Source: a virus (Duplodnaviria; Caudoviricetes). Taken from it: 64,000 nt of DNA. The first letter of the stretch is position 1. The number at the start of each line of letters is the position of its first letter. The translations under genes and the position numbers were made by a program. Below, one piece after another: positions 26,302-35,981 of this stretch. The notes beneath the pieces are model-generated. The model made no database searches and had not been told where the DNA came from. It was given only the letters and a program-made list of their open reading frames with translations. The stretch lies in the IMG/VR virus record IMGVR_UViG_3300042445_001485; one strand, written 5' to 3'.

Positions 26302-27125
26302 ATACGATCAGCCATCACCCGGAACCAGTGGGCCGAACCGGCAGCAGGTGCTGATTCTGGAAGTTGTATGCCACTCTTGCCCAGGGTTTCACGGGCCGCG
26401 GCAATGATGGTTTGGTAGTCGGGACGCCGTTGTACAGCCGCAATGATCTTGTCTGCTGACATTAAACTGGCTAACGGAATGCCTGTTACTTGGCTCAACA
26501 TCTGTGGATCCTGGCCGCCTTCTATAGTTTGATTTGTGGCACGGTCAACCAGCCCATGTTTGTAACTCCACTTTAGTTCAGGAGCAACAGCATTAACTAT
26601 GCTGGACAATATAATTTGTTTGCTCATGCCAGAGTATTGGTCGCCTTGTCGGGCACCTTTCATGGCAAATGCTTGCCACTTGGGATCGCCAAACATAAAG
26701 TCTGTTTGTGCGAATCCATTTTTGGCATTGCCATTGATGGGTGTTTTAAAGTGTACTGAGTCACCAGTTAACTCAATCCAACCTTCTTTCCAAGCAGGAG
26801 CCAGTTTTGTTTTGGCACGATTGCGTATTTGGTCTGGGGGAATACCTTGTTGCTGACACCAACGGCTCAGTACATCTGCCAATACTTCTTTGGTAATGGC
26901 CTTGTCGTCAACTGCTAGATCCAAGTCTCCGCTGTCGTCTTTGCGTCCTGTGCTTCCTAGCCATTTGGTAGGAACATCTTCTTCGTCCCGTTCTTCACTG
27001 AAATCCAATCCAGTGATTTTTTCTAGCCAGGCAATGGTGGTAGGAATTTCAGCACGAACAATGCGACGAGTGAGTTCAGCACCCTCGGCATTTTTAAATA
27101 TGTTTCCACCTTCAGTTAACATCAT
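26298..27125 (-). CDS. Pol-beta-superfamily nucleotidyltransferase-like protein
   Basis: LGSTGRKDDSGDLDLAV and downstream QTDFMF. Confidence 0.65.
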   Translation of the reverse strand: MMLTEGGNIFKNAEGAELTRRIVRAEIPTTIAWLEKITGLDFSEERDEEDVPTKWLGSTGRKDDSGDLDLAVDDKAITKEVLADVLSRWCQQQGIPPDQIRNRAKTKLAPAWKEGWIELTGDSVHFKTPINGNAKNGFAQTDFMFGDPKWQAFAMKGARQGDQYSGMSKQIILSSIVNAVAPELKWSYKHGLVDRATNQTIEGGQDPQMLSQVTGIPLASLMSADKIIAAVQRRPDYQTIIAAARETLGKSGIQLPESAPAAGSAHWFRVMADRI

Positions 27126-30100
27126 ACTCGTTCTTTCATTTTGCGTAACAATGCGGCACTAAAGTCAATGCCGGCTGTAAGTACAGGTTCTGGTTGTTTT
27201 ACACCGCCACCGTTTAGTTTGGTCTGCTGGAATCCTGGTACTGCTGGAGCAGTTTGTTGTGCTTTTTTAGCGGCTTGGTCTTTCCTGAACTGATCCAAAT
27301 CCAATGTGGTACCTTGTGGCTCTGGTTGTGCCGGTTGTGTAGTGGCATTGGTAGTGACAGGTACTGCCGGTTTGGTCACAGCAGGAACACCTGTGGGCGC
27401 ATTGATTGTGGTCTTGCCATAGCCAGTCATTTGTTTGCTGAAGTCTGGTGTGGGCTGTGCAGGACCGCCTGCGGGTGGTGTGCCCAACTGCTTGGTCATG
27501 CGGTTCATCACATCGTTGGTGGCTGTTTGAGCTTGCTGTGTAGAAGCAGCCATTTGTCCCTGCGCCGCTGTTGCGGCATCGGCTTGCTTGGCCTTGCGAA
27601 TGTCTTCTGGGCTCTGTCCAGCCGGTGTTGTAGTTGCGGCCGGAGGTGTTGCACCTGTTTTGGCCCGGTTTTTAGCAATAGATTTCTCTGTTGCATCAAC
27701 TGTGCCGTCTTTGTTAAGATCGCGTGGATCCAATTTGGCAGGTGCTTGCTGTGTTGTTGCCGGAGGTGCGGCATCTGGCTGTTGCGCCAGTGGTTTGCCT
27801 GTTTCTGTATCAAACTTCTGACCTGGTTTGATGGGTTTGCCGTCGCTTTGTGTACCAAGGTCGGGAGGTGTTGCACCTGTTGCAGGCGCTGTTTGTCCTG
27901 CTTGTTGTGTGCCACCCGGGGCTTGTTGTACTTGTGCAATTAACTTGGCACTGGCTGGATCTTTGGGATCTAATTTCTGACCACCAATTGATATTGGCTC
28001 CGCTTTGGCCGAGGCGGCAGGAGCCGTTGTGGCTACTGGTTCTTGTGCTGTTTGCTGTGCAGGTGTTTTTGCCTTGGTCAAGGCCGCTTGCTGTTCTGCT
28101 TGTTTGGCCAACATGGCCGCTATGGCAGATGGTACTTCTTTGTTTTCTGTATCGTACCATTTGTTTCCAACTTTTTTGTAGGCATGATCTTGGCCATATT
28201 CGTCTTTGATCTTGACTGAGTCTCGGCCTGCGCCCTCGCCTCCGGGTGCGTAGGCACCGCGTACTAGACTCTGTCCACCGGCGCCCATGCCCTTGCCCGA
28301 CTGCACAGCTCTATTTAAATCGTTAACAGTGTCTGCAACCGCTGTGCCGCCTGTGTTGACGGCAGATCCCATATTATCCAGGCTTTTTTGGTAGTTACTT
28401 GTCCTGCGATCGGAGGTGGTAACATCATTGCCGGTGTCTGTGGTACCCTGTGCTGTGGCGGATGCAGAACCAGGTGCCGCAGGTCCTTGTGATCTTGGAG
28501 TTGAGCGAGGTGCTACTCCGTATGCTTGCGGTGCCGCCCCTTGACCATAACTGGGTTGTTGTCCTTGTGGATCTTGGCCCGGCTGTGCATCTTGTTTTGC
28601 ATAGGGATTGGCTTCGCCTGTGGCGCCAACTGCGTCTCCGGCTTGACTGGTACGAGCTGAATCAAAGCCGGTTTCTTGGCCTTTGGCAAATGCATCTTTG
28701 GTGCCGGCAATGGCTCCTTTGACTCCACCAATTGCGCCACCAATTGCTCCAGCGGCCTTGCCCAATAAACCTTGTCCGGGTGCTTTTGCTGGTGCTTCTG
28801 GTGCCGCTGTCACCGTGCTGGCACCTGCAGGTAATCCCAGATTTTGAAACACTTGGTCTACAGTTTCTTGCGGAACTCCAGCACTGACCATGATGCCGGC
28901 AACTTGTCCCGAATCTGTGGGGTTGCCGGCCTTCTTCCAGGCCTGTTGCAGTTTGTCTGCTGTGACCTTGTTGGTCACATTACCGGCCTTGGTCTTTAAC
29001 CAATTGCCGGCTTTCTTAAACATGTCACCAATGCCAGCTTCGGTCAAGTGTATGTTGCCACGAGGCTTGCCAACGCTTTCACGGATGTACCACATGCGGG
29101 CTGTTAGCTCGTAGTCCACATATTCGTTAATGGCCGCTACTGGGCTATGTCCTGATCTTAATAAGATACCGTTAGCCCGGGCCGCCGCTTTGTTGGCCCA
29201 ATAGTTTTGTGCATTTTGTGTACCTTGGGCATCATCGGCGGCTTGCTGTTGTTGTTTTGCTGTAACTGCGGCCTGTTGGTCCGGAGTCATTTGATCCCAG
29301 GTTGGTGCAGGTTCAAATGGTTTTCCTGTTAATCTATTAGTGTCCGGCTGAGTTGCCGCGGCAGCACTGGTATCGGTTGGTGCAGGAATAGCTCCTGTAT
29401 CAACTTTGTTTTGAACCATCTTGTTCAAATCAACTTGTTGTTGTCCAGCATTGGGATTGATGGGAGCTTCACCACCTTGGTTTGGTTGTTCGCCACCAAA
29501 TTGTTTCATATAGCCAGGAGACGAATTTCCACCAGATCGTTCAATTGGTGTACCATCGGGAAAAGTATCTTTACCCACTATTGGATTAGGGCTTCGTGCC
29601 TGTCCATCCCAGCCTTTGCCCGGCCCCGAATCAAATGCGCCCAAGTCCGTGCTGGATTTTAAATCATTGCTTACAGCAATATCCTGTAGTTGTGCACCGG
29701 GCATTCCGGTTGTTTGTTCAATTCTTGCTCGCTCTGCTGGATCGGCATTGATCCATTCTTGTGCGGCTTTGATATCAACACTTTGATTTTGTGCTTGGGC
29801 ATCCACTGGTAATTCACCGGTTGTTGCTTGCTGTTGTGCTTCTGCACCCCGATTCTGCATGTATGCTTGAGCACCTTGTGCCACTGCTCCGGCTATACCA
29901 CCGCCTGCGGCGCCAAGTCCGGCGCCCATGGCACCTTGCTTCAATGCACCTGTTAGGCCTTGACCTTGCATGAGTCCTCTAACAGCACCTGTCAGGCCAC
30001 CCACCACAGTACCTGTTAAAGCACCTGTGGCTGCCATACCTAGGCCTAGTCCAGCAATGGCAGGACCAGCCACCACAGTGGCAATGCCAGCAATACCTGC

Positions 30101-30631
30101 CAACACCAGGGTCTGTACCGCAGGATTCTTGGCAGCCTGTTTGACCAAGTCCATTAGACTTTTCTTGGCTTTGGGGTCTTGTACCTGTGCAATTTGTTCT
30201 TGTGCTTTTTGTTCAAATCCCTCAACAGGACCTGCATCTGCAGGCGGCAAACTCTGTACCAGTTTGTCTTTGTTTTGTGCCAATAATTTGTTGGCAAGTT
30301 CTTTGACACCCGACGCACCTTTTTTGGCTAGATCAACTGCACCCGCACCAACTGCACCCGCGGCATCTGCGCCCTTGCCCAACATGCTACGATTGTCTCC
30401 GCCAGCTGTGGCAATCTTTTCTGCTGATCCAAATGCGTTTTGAATCTGCTGTGCGGTCATTGCCGCTTCTGTTAGGATATCAATATTATTAATGCTGGCA
30501 ATAAATGGTAGGGTAAAATTCTCACGCACCTTCTGCATATAACCCGTAGTCTTAGGATCCATACCTGCTGTCAAGCGTGAATACATTTTGGTTTCGTATA
30601 GTCGTTGTTCTAGGATAATGCTGGGTTTCAT
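27122..30631 (-). CDS. Large low-complexity Ala/Gly/Gln/Pro/Thr-rich protein, putative internal virion protein
   Basis: 1169-aa ORF; conserved-looking island AGIGDMFKKAG...KVTADKLQQAWKKAGNPTDS. Confidence 0.65.
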   Translation of the reverse strand: MKPSIILEQRLYETKMYSRLTAGMDPKTTGYMQKVRENFTLPFIASINNIDILTEAAMTAQQIQNAFGSAEKIATAGGDNRSMLGKGADAAGAVGAGAVDLAKKGASGVKELANKLLAQNKDKLVQSLPPADAGPVEGFEQKAQEQIAQVQDPKAKKSLMDLVKQAAKNPAVQTLVLAGIAGIATVVAGPAIAGLGLGMAATGALTGTVVGGLTGAVRGLMQGQGLTGALKQGAMGAGLGAAGGGIAGAVAQGAQAYMQNRGAEAQQQATTGELPVDAQAQNQSVDIKAAQEWINADPAERARIEQTTGMPGAQLQDIAVSNDLKSSTDLGAFDSGPGKGWDGQARSPNPIVGKDTFPDGTPIERSGGNSSPGYMKQFGGEQPNQGGEAPINPNAGQQQVDLNKMVQNKVDTGAIPAPTDTSAAAATQPDTNRLTGKPFEPAPTWDQMTPDQQAAVTAKQQQQAADDAQGTQNAQNYWANKAAARANGILLRSGHSPVAAINEYVDYELTARMWYIRESVGKPRGNIHLTEAGIGDMFKKAGNWLKTKAGNVTNKVTADKLQQAWKKAGNPTDSGQVAGIMVSAGVPQETVDQVFQNLGLPAGASTVTAAPEAPAKAPGQGLLGKAAGAIGGAIGGVKGAIAGTKDAFAKGQETGFDSARTSQAGDAVGATGEANPYAKQDAQPGQDPQGQQPSYGQGAAPQAYGVAPRSTPRSQGPAAPGSASATAQGTTDTGNDVTTSDRRTSNYQKSLDNMGSAVNTGGTAVADTVNDLNRAVQSGKGMGAGGQSLVRGAYAPGGEGAGRDSVKIKDEYGQDHAYKKVGNKWYDTENKEVPSAIAAMLAKQAEQQAALTKAKTPAQQTAQEPVATTAPAASAKAEPISIGGQKLDPKDPASAKLIAQVQQAPGGTQQAGQTAPATGATPPDLGTQSDGKPIKPGQKFDTETGKPLAQQPDAAPPATTQQAPAKLDPRDLNKDGTVDATEKSIAKNRAKTGATPPAATTTPAGQSPEDIRKAKQADAATAAQGQMAASTQQAQTATNDVMNRMTKQLGTPPAGGPAQPTPDFSKQMTGYGKTTINAPTGVPAVTKPAVPVTTNATTQPAQPEPQGTTLDLDQFRKDQAAKKAQQTAPAVPGFQQTKLNGGGVKQPEPVLTAGIDFSAALLRKMKERV

Positions 30632-30897
30632 AACTGCTCTTTATTTTTTTTGGCTGCTTCTCTGATACCGCGTACTTTACGGGTAAATTTTGCCGGATCT
30701 TGACTGCGTATGCTGTTTAATAGTCTACGTTCAAGCTCGTCGGCTGTGTCAGCATCGTAGTTTTCCTTGATATACTTCATCAAATTGATTGCACTAGTAA
30801 TCACATTATTAGCACGGCTTTCAACAAGGCTTTCCTTGTCTCTTTGCACACTAATACTGGTTAGCTCTTCCAGAATACTACGGGTCTGTTTACGCAA
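30628..30897 (-). CDS. Conserved hypothetical protein
   Basis: MRKQTRSILEEL...RLLNSIRSQDPAKF; TAAATA upstream. Confidence 0.65.
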   Translation of the reverse strand: MRKQTRSILEELTSISVQRDKESLVESRANNVITSAINLMKYIKENYDADTADELERRLLNSIRSQDPAKFTRKVRGIREAAKKNKEQL

Positions 30898-30957
30898 GAT
30901 TTACTCCAATTTAGTATATTTAGTTGTTGTTTTAATTATGAGTATTTCAGTTTACCA

Positions 30958-32082
30958 TTAAATATACTTGCCTGATATAGCAAACTTACTGTAAAACTCT
31001 GCAACTTCGGGAAATACCTTGGTCCAGTCTTGATTCCTTAGTGTATCAAACTTGTGTATTTCTTCTAGCATTTTCTTTATACCTCTGGAACTTTCGTTAA
31101 ATTCCGGTCTAAGCATCTTTTTAAAATTTGAATCAATTGATCTAATATACTCGTTGGATAGATTATGTATTCCAAATATGCCTTCTGCCATGTGTCTAGT
31201 GTGATTTACAGCATCACCCAATCTATTGATTTTAAAGTTCTGCTCAATCCAGGTGGCCAATTCCTGTTGATAATACAAATTAAAAATACTAACTGTTTCT
31301 TCTATTAAAAACATAACATTAACTGGTAAGTTTTGATTCGATTGCAATACGTTGTTGGTTACTTGATTCCAATCGGCGGGCCAACGCAAATAGTTAAATC
31401 TTTCTTTAATGCCGTCAAGACTAATGTGTAGTTTAACCAAATGAAACTTTTCAATAATACTGTAATATTCTTTATCAATAGTTTGTGTGCCATTGGTTTG
31501 AAAACTAACTGTTAGTTTTTCCTTGGCGTTGGGCACAAGTCTTGCTAGTTCTTCGGCAACTTGCCAGTAGCTGTTGCCCAGTAGAGTTTCGCCACCACAA
31601 AAAACAACTAACCCAAGGTTTGAAAGATCTAGTGTTCTTAATAAATCAATCATGTCATCCACACGACTAACAGGACGAGGTGCGGTAAATGCTATTTTGT
31701 GTTCTTTAAGATGTCGTTGCCAGTAGGTGCTTAACTGTGGTCCACATGTCCTACAGGCCAGGTTGCAACCAATATCAAACATAAGGTCAAGTCTAACCGG
31801 TCCGGACAAGTTGGTCTGCACACCGAATTGTTCAAGCGTGCCTGTACGCAGACTGGGTGTATTGACTTTTTCATTTGCTTGACAAGTCCAACAGGCACTA
31901 TCCCAAATATTTTGATTGTTCTTTTCTCGAAGTTTAGTAAACTGCTGATTGTTCCACAGATCGTCAGTGACTTCAATCATGTCTGGTCGAAGACAGCACT
32001 GATTTACAAAAACCTTATTGTGATCTTTTTTTAAGTTTATCTGTAGACCGCCATGAATCATGGGGCAATGTATATTGCTCAT
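30958..32082 (-). CDS. Radical SAM protein
   Basis: CNLACRTC (CxxxCxxC), GGETLL, QTNGT, ISLDG; N-terminal Cys cluster. Confidence 0.88.
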   Translation of the reverse strand: MSNIHCPMIHGGLQINLKKDHNKVFVNQCCLRPDMIEVTDDLWNNQQFTKLREKNNQNIWDSACWTCQANEKVNTPSLRTGTLEQFGVQTNLSGPVRLDLMFDIGCNLACRTCGPQLSTYWQRHLKEHKIAFTAPRPVSRVDDMIDLLRTLDLSNLGLVVFCGGETLLGNSYWQVAEELARLVPNAKEKLTVSFQTNGTQTIDKEYYSIIEKFHLVKLHISLDGIKERFNYLRWPADWNQVTNNVLQSNQNLPVNVMFLIEETVSIFNLYYQQELATWIEQNFKINRLGDAVNHTRHMAEGIFGIHNLSNEYIRSIDSNFKKMLRPEFNESSRGIKKMLEEIHKFDTLRNQDWTKVFPEVAEFYSKFAISGKYI

Positions 32083-33506
32083 TCTGCTTTCTTGAGTCCT
32101 GCCAACATGCTCTTGAGTCTATTGCTGTTGACTTCTCCGGTGGCCTTGGGAGCCTGTTCCCACGCAGGGGTTCCAGTAGCACGCTCAAAACTAGTTTCTT
32201 CTGCGGACTCTGCAACCTTGCTTTTTATTTGACTCATGATACTGGAAACTTTAGCAGGTCCACCCGAATCGTTGGCATCAAGTCCAGGATCTGTGATACG
32301 CATGGATTCAATGTTGTATTCAAGATCAATCTTTTGTCCAACACCGGTACTACTACGCGACTTCATACACTGAATTTGATAACGACCACGCTCACGCATT
32401 TGCCTGCTGGTAAAGATACCAAACACATTGTCTGCTGTGTTGATCTTACTAATACCACCAGCAATGTGGCTATGGTCAAATTCCACTTCTTCAACAGCAC
32501 TACGATTCAACTGACTGGCTGTGACCAGTAATACGCCCAGTTCTTTGGCCAAGTTACGCAATTCTTCTGCCACATATTTGTCTTTGATAAACTGATCATT
32601 GGGGTTGACCTTGACACTCACAGGCATGACCAAGTCCAGATAGTCTACCATAACAAAGTCTACTCGAATCCCGGTCTGTATCTGCACTTCTTTCAAGTAA
32701 CTGCGAATGTCGTTCACTGTGCTCTGCGCCGGCAGGGCCTTGACACGATACTGTCCGGCTTTTTTACTGACCAGGCGCACTTTCATTGTGGTTGTGTCAA
32801 TGTCCTTGCGAATTTCTTTGGTACCTGTGCCAGTCAACATGGCATCTGTACGTAGACTTGTAAGTTCTTCACTCAGTTCCAGTGTGATGTAAACTCCGCT
32901 GAGTCCGGCCTGCAACCAACTCAGCGCAATGTTCATCATCACAAGGCTCTTGCCCGAACCCGATCCGCCAGCAAAGATGTTGAGTTCACCCCTACTAAAA
33001 CCGCCATACAACAATCTATCTAATTGCGGCCATCCTGTTGAGACCTGCCCGCCCGAGTTGAAGTATCGGTCAATGCGAGCCTTAGGATCAGCAAAGTAAT
33101 CCGTACCCATGTCTTTGGTGAGTGATATCTGTACTGCGTCTTTGATAAGTTTTTCAACTGGGTCATATTCGCCCTTTTCCAGCAAGTCTGCTGATTTTAA
33201 AATTGCTCGCTCTAGTTCTTGTCTACGGGTAAAACTTTCAAACTCGGTCATGAACCATTCATAGTGGCCTTCATTTAGTTCAGGTACCGGTTTCAAGTCC
33301 ACACCTGTGGTGGCTTTTATTTGCTCGTATGTGGGTAGAGTTTTGTGATCTTCACTATGCTTTTTAAGAAACTCTGCCACTGCTCGCAGACTACGATCAA
33401 AGTTTTCAGGATTGTAAATGTTCTGCACCCGCACATAACTAGTGGCATCCTGCAACATCATTTCTAAAAACAACTGCTGTAGTTCTCTTGTGTATTCTTT
33501 GTTCAT
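32079..33506 (-). CDS. dnaB: DnaB-like replicative helicase (T4 gp41-type)
   Basis: Walker A AGGSGSGKS, VDYLDL, TASQLNR, KINTADNV, KSRSS. Confidence 0.93.
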   Translation of the reverse strand: MNKEYTRELQQLFLEMMLQDATSYVRVQNIYNPENFDRSLRAVAEFLKKHSEDHKTLPTYEQIKATTGVDLKPVPELNEGHYEWFMTEFESFTRRQELERAILKSADLLEKGEYDPVEKLIKDAVQISLTKDMGTDYFADPKARIDRYFNSGGQVSTGWPQLDRLLYGGFSRGELNIFAGGSGSGKSLVMMNIALSWLQAGLSGVYITLELSEELTSLRTDAMLTGTGTKEIRKDIDTTTMKVRLVSKKAGQYRVKALPAQSTVNDIRSYLKEVQIQTGIRVDFVMVDYLDLVMPVSVKVNPNDQFIKDKYVAEELRNLAKELGVLLVTASQLNRSAVEEVEFDHSHIAGGISKINTADNVFGIFTSRQMRERGRYQIQCMKSRSSTGVGQKIDLEYNIESMRITDPGLDANDSGGPAKVSSIMSQIKSKVAESAEETSFERATGTPAWEQAPKATGEVNSNRLKSMLAGLKKAE

Positions 33507-34549
33507 AAGTTAGTATTTAATTTTTTCTTTAGTAGTTCAATTTTTAAGCGACTCGTTTGCTTGGCCTCCAGGATACTTTTCAACACAAACAGTCTACCAT
33601 AGGCCACAACTGCTGAGTTGACATCTTTGTGTGTTTCTTGCCATATGGGATAACTCACACTCCAACCATACTCAATGGCCGCATCAATCAACTTGATACC
33701 TGCACGGTCCACATCAGGTACCACAATAACTTCTCGTCCCAGGCTGTCAATGATGTCGGCCTGCACTTCACTACATTCATTACTTAACACAGCAATACCA
33801 TCAATGGCCATGGCATCAAACGGACCTTCCACAACGATAACAAATTTACTAGTGGGCCGTTGTCTATCCACATTGAACACATAGTTGCCTTCATAACTGT
33901 TGTGATACTTGGGTCGGACATCATCTTGTGTGGCACGGGCAGTATATCCAATGATCTTGTTCTGCCAAGTACAGGGCACAATTACTCGCCGATCTAAATT
34001 GTACTGGCGCTCAGGAGTCCAATAAAAATCATATTTACTTAGATCAATAGCCCTGGCCGCTGGATATAACACGGCATTGTGAAACGACGCAGGTACATTG
34101 GTGACCGCAGGATTATCTGCACTCAATGTATGAAACATTTCCCAGGCATGAAGTGTCTGTGCTTCCTCAGGCAAGGACCTGGCCTTAAAGACGACTTCTT
34201 CTCGGACTACTTCCGCCGTCTCAGGCTCTACCAGTTCCTTGATACGGATGGCATCTATGACCAATCGCTTGATGGTATTTTCATCAGCACCCAGCCAACT
34301 CAGGAGCTTTCTAAACTTGTAGTTTAGGTGGCGTCCTGGTGTGTAGTTGGTGGTGTAATTGCAGTTAAAACAACTATAACTAATGCTACCTGTAGGATTG
34401 GTAATAATGCCGCCTCTGCCTCGAGAGTCCGAGGACTCCCCACGGTGATGACAGCAGACGGCATTAAAACTGGTCCACCCTGATACCGAATTGGTCTTTC
34501 GCCGAACCGGAAGCAATGAGTTTACTGTGTCAAGAATCGAGTTTAGCAT
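33503..34549 (-). CDS. DNA primase (T4 gp61-like; Zn-binding plus TOPRIM)
   Basis: CCHH...CFNC Zn domain, VVEGPFDAM, PDVDRAG, KDVN. Confidence 0.92.
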   Translation of the reverse strand: MLNSILDTVNSLLPVRRKTNSVSGWTSFNAVCCHHRGESSDSRGRGGIITNPTGSISYSCFNCNYTTNYTPGRHLNYKFRKLLSWLGADENTIKRLVIDAIRIKELVEPETAEVVREEVVFKARSLPEEAQTLHAWEMFHTLSADNPAVTNVPASFHNAVLYPAARAIDLSKYDFYWTPERQYNLDRRVIVPCTWQNKIIGYTARATQDDVRPKYHNSYEGNYVFNVDRQRPTSKFVIVVEGPFDAMAIDGIAVLSNECSEVQADIIDSLGREVIVVPDVDRAGIKLIDAAIEYGWSVSYPIWQETHKDVNSAVVAYGRLFVLKSILEAKQTSRLKIELLKKKLNTNL

Positions 34550-34555
34550 CCTACT

Positions 34556-34584
34556 ATTATATAGGAAAATTTGGACAAGGTCAA
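34556..34584 (-). promoter_or_regulatory. sigma70-type promoter for primase-helicase operon
   Basis: TTGACC-17 bp-TATAAT. Confidence 0.75.
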
Positions 34585-34594
34585 TTAAATTGAA

Positions 34595-35971
34595 CTAGAT
34601 TCCATAGGTTGACCTATTTGCATTGTAGTTCTGTAGTACTTGTTCGGCTGTGAGTGCGGCATTGTACAGTCTGGTTATACCTATTTTACCATCAAAATAT
34701 TGCGAGTATTCTCCACCGTTGTATGATCCTATATACAAGTTTGTTGATGCATTGAGTATGCTTGAAAAACTGTGTGCAGTTGATCCTATGCTTACGCCAT
34801 TTATATAGGCTTCTAAACTATTAGATGCTACATTTTTCCAAACATAAACTACTTGTACCCAAGTACTCAGTACAGTTTGGTAGTTTGGACTGTTTACAAC
34901 TGTTGTGCCATTGCCAATTTGAGCATACACAATACCGGTGTTGTTAGTTCTAATACTATATGACACATCTTGTGACGCACCACCTGGATCAAATTTGCCT
35001 AATATCGTGCCAGCACTGCCTGTTTTAAATGCAGTGGTATTGAACCATGCTTCCATAGTCCAGTCACCTGCACCGGGTTCTAGTAGTGCGTTGTCAGCGA
35101 TATTAACCTGACTACTAGTACCATTGTAAGTAAAGTACGGATCAGTGTAAGTGATGTTGCTCATTGTGCCGTTTAGGCCGTTACCGGAAATATCAAATAG
35201 TGTGGTGCCTGATCCTGGGTAACTGGTTGTTAAGTCGGGATTGTAGTAAGCAACCAAGTTAGTGGTCACCGCAGTATCAACTCTACCGCGTAGTGCGTTA
35301 AAGTTTTGCGTGATTTCATCAGCTGACAAGGCACGATTGTAGATCACTGCTGTGGCTATCTTACCATTGAAATATCTAATGTCAACTTCATCTCGACCAA
35401 TTTTTATATCGTCTAGGATGGTGCTGGTATGATTAACGGTATTAGTGGCAGAGGTGATTCCACTGGATTGACACAGATATGCCGTCGCTGTGGTGCTGGT
35501 AACGGAAACTGCGATCATGCACCATGTCAAATCTGGTATGGTCAATCCACTATCCCAACTCCAGGTATTAACGGCATCGTTCCAGGTATATGAAATTTTA
35601 TTAGTTGTACCAAAAAACGATATTCCGGTAGCAACCGATCCTCTAGAATATATGATACCGGCATAATTGGCTTGACTTCCGTTTCGTCTCATCCAAACTA
35701 AAAAAGTGGCTGCTGTTACTGTAGGTGATCCTAAACATTGAACGTAATCATTTGTTCCATCAAAAACCATAGAACCGCCATCTGCTCTGTTATAAGTTGG
35801 TCCACTTATTAATGTTCCATTACGACCATTACCACTTAAATCAGTCCAGGCTGTTCCTGTGCCAGGATAACTGGCGGTGTTGCCAGCATCTACATATAGT
35901 AACGCACCGTTACTGTTAAACGATGCGTCATATACATTTATATTCCTTAGAGTTATCCCTTGGATGATCAT
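34595..35971 (-). CDS. Tandem LamG/concanavalin-A-like lectin domain protein (tail associated)
   Basis: Two repeats of YPG(T/S)GT...DLSGNG.NGT...FDG...YNRAL(S/T)A.EI.QN(F/Y)NA; start placed at MIIQGITL. Confidence 0.85.
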   Translation of the reverse strand: MIIQGITLRNINVYDASFNSNGALLYVDAGNTASYPGTGTAWTDLSGNGRNGTLISGPTYNRADGGSMVFDGTNDYVQCLGSPTVTAATFLVWMRRNGSQANYAGIIYSRGSVATGISFFGTTNKISYTWNDAVNTWSWDSGLTIPDLTWCMIAVSVTSTTATAYLCQSSGITSATNTVNHTSTILDDIKIGRDEVDIRYFNGKIATAVIYNRALSADEITQNFNALRGRVDTAVTTNLVAYYNPDLTTSYPGSGTTLFDISGNGLNGTMSNITYTDPYFTYNGTSSQVNIADNALLEPGAGDWTMEAWFNTTAFKTGSAGTILGKFDPGGASQDVSYSIRTNNTGIVYAQIGNGTTVVNSPNYQTVLSTWVQVVYVWKNVASNSLEAYINGVSIGSTAHSFSSILNASTNLYIGSYNGGEYSQYFDGKIGITRLYNAALTAEQVLQNYNANRSTYGI

Positions 35972-35981
35972 GATTGATCCA

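Noticed and set aside
27254-30443. Numerous long plus-strand and alternative-frame ORFs (up to 229 aa) over the 1169-aa gene
   Set aside because: Shadow ORFs expected opposite a GC-richer low-complexity gene; Cys/Leu-rich nonsense composition and no RBS.
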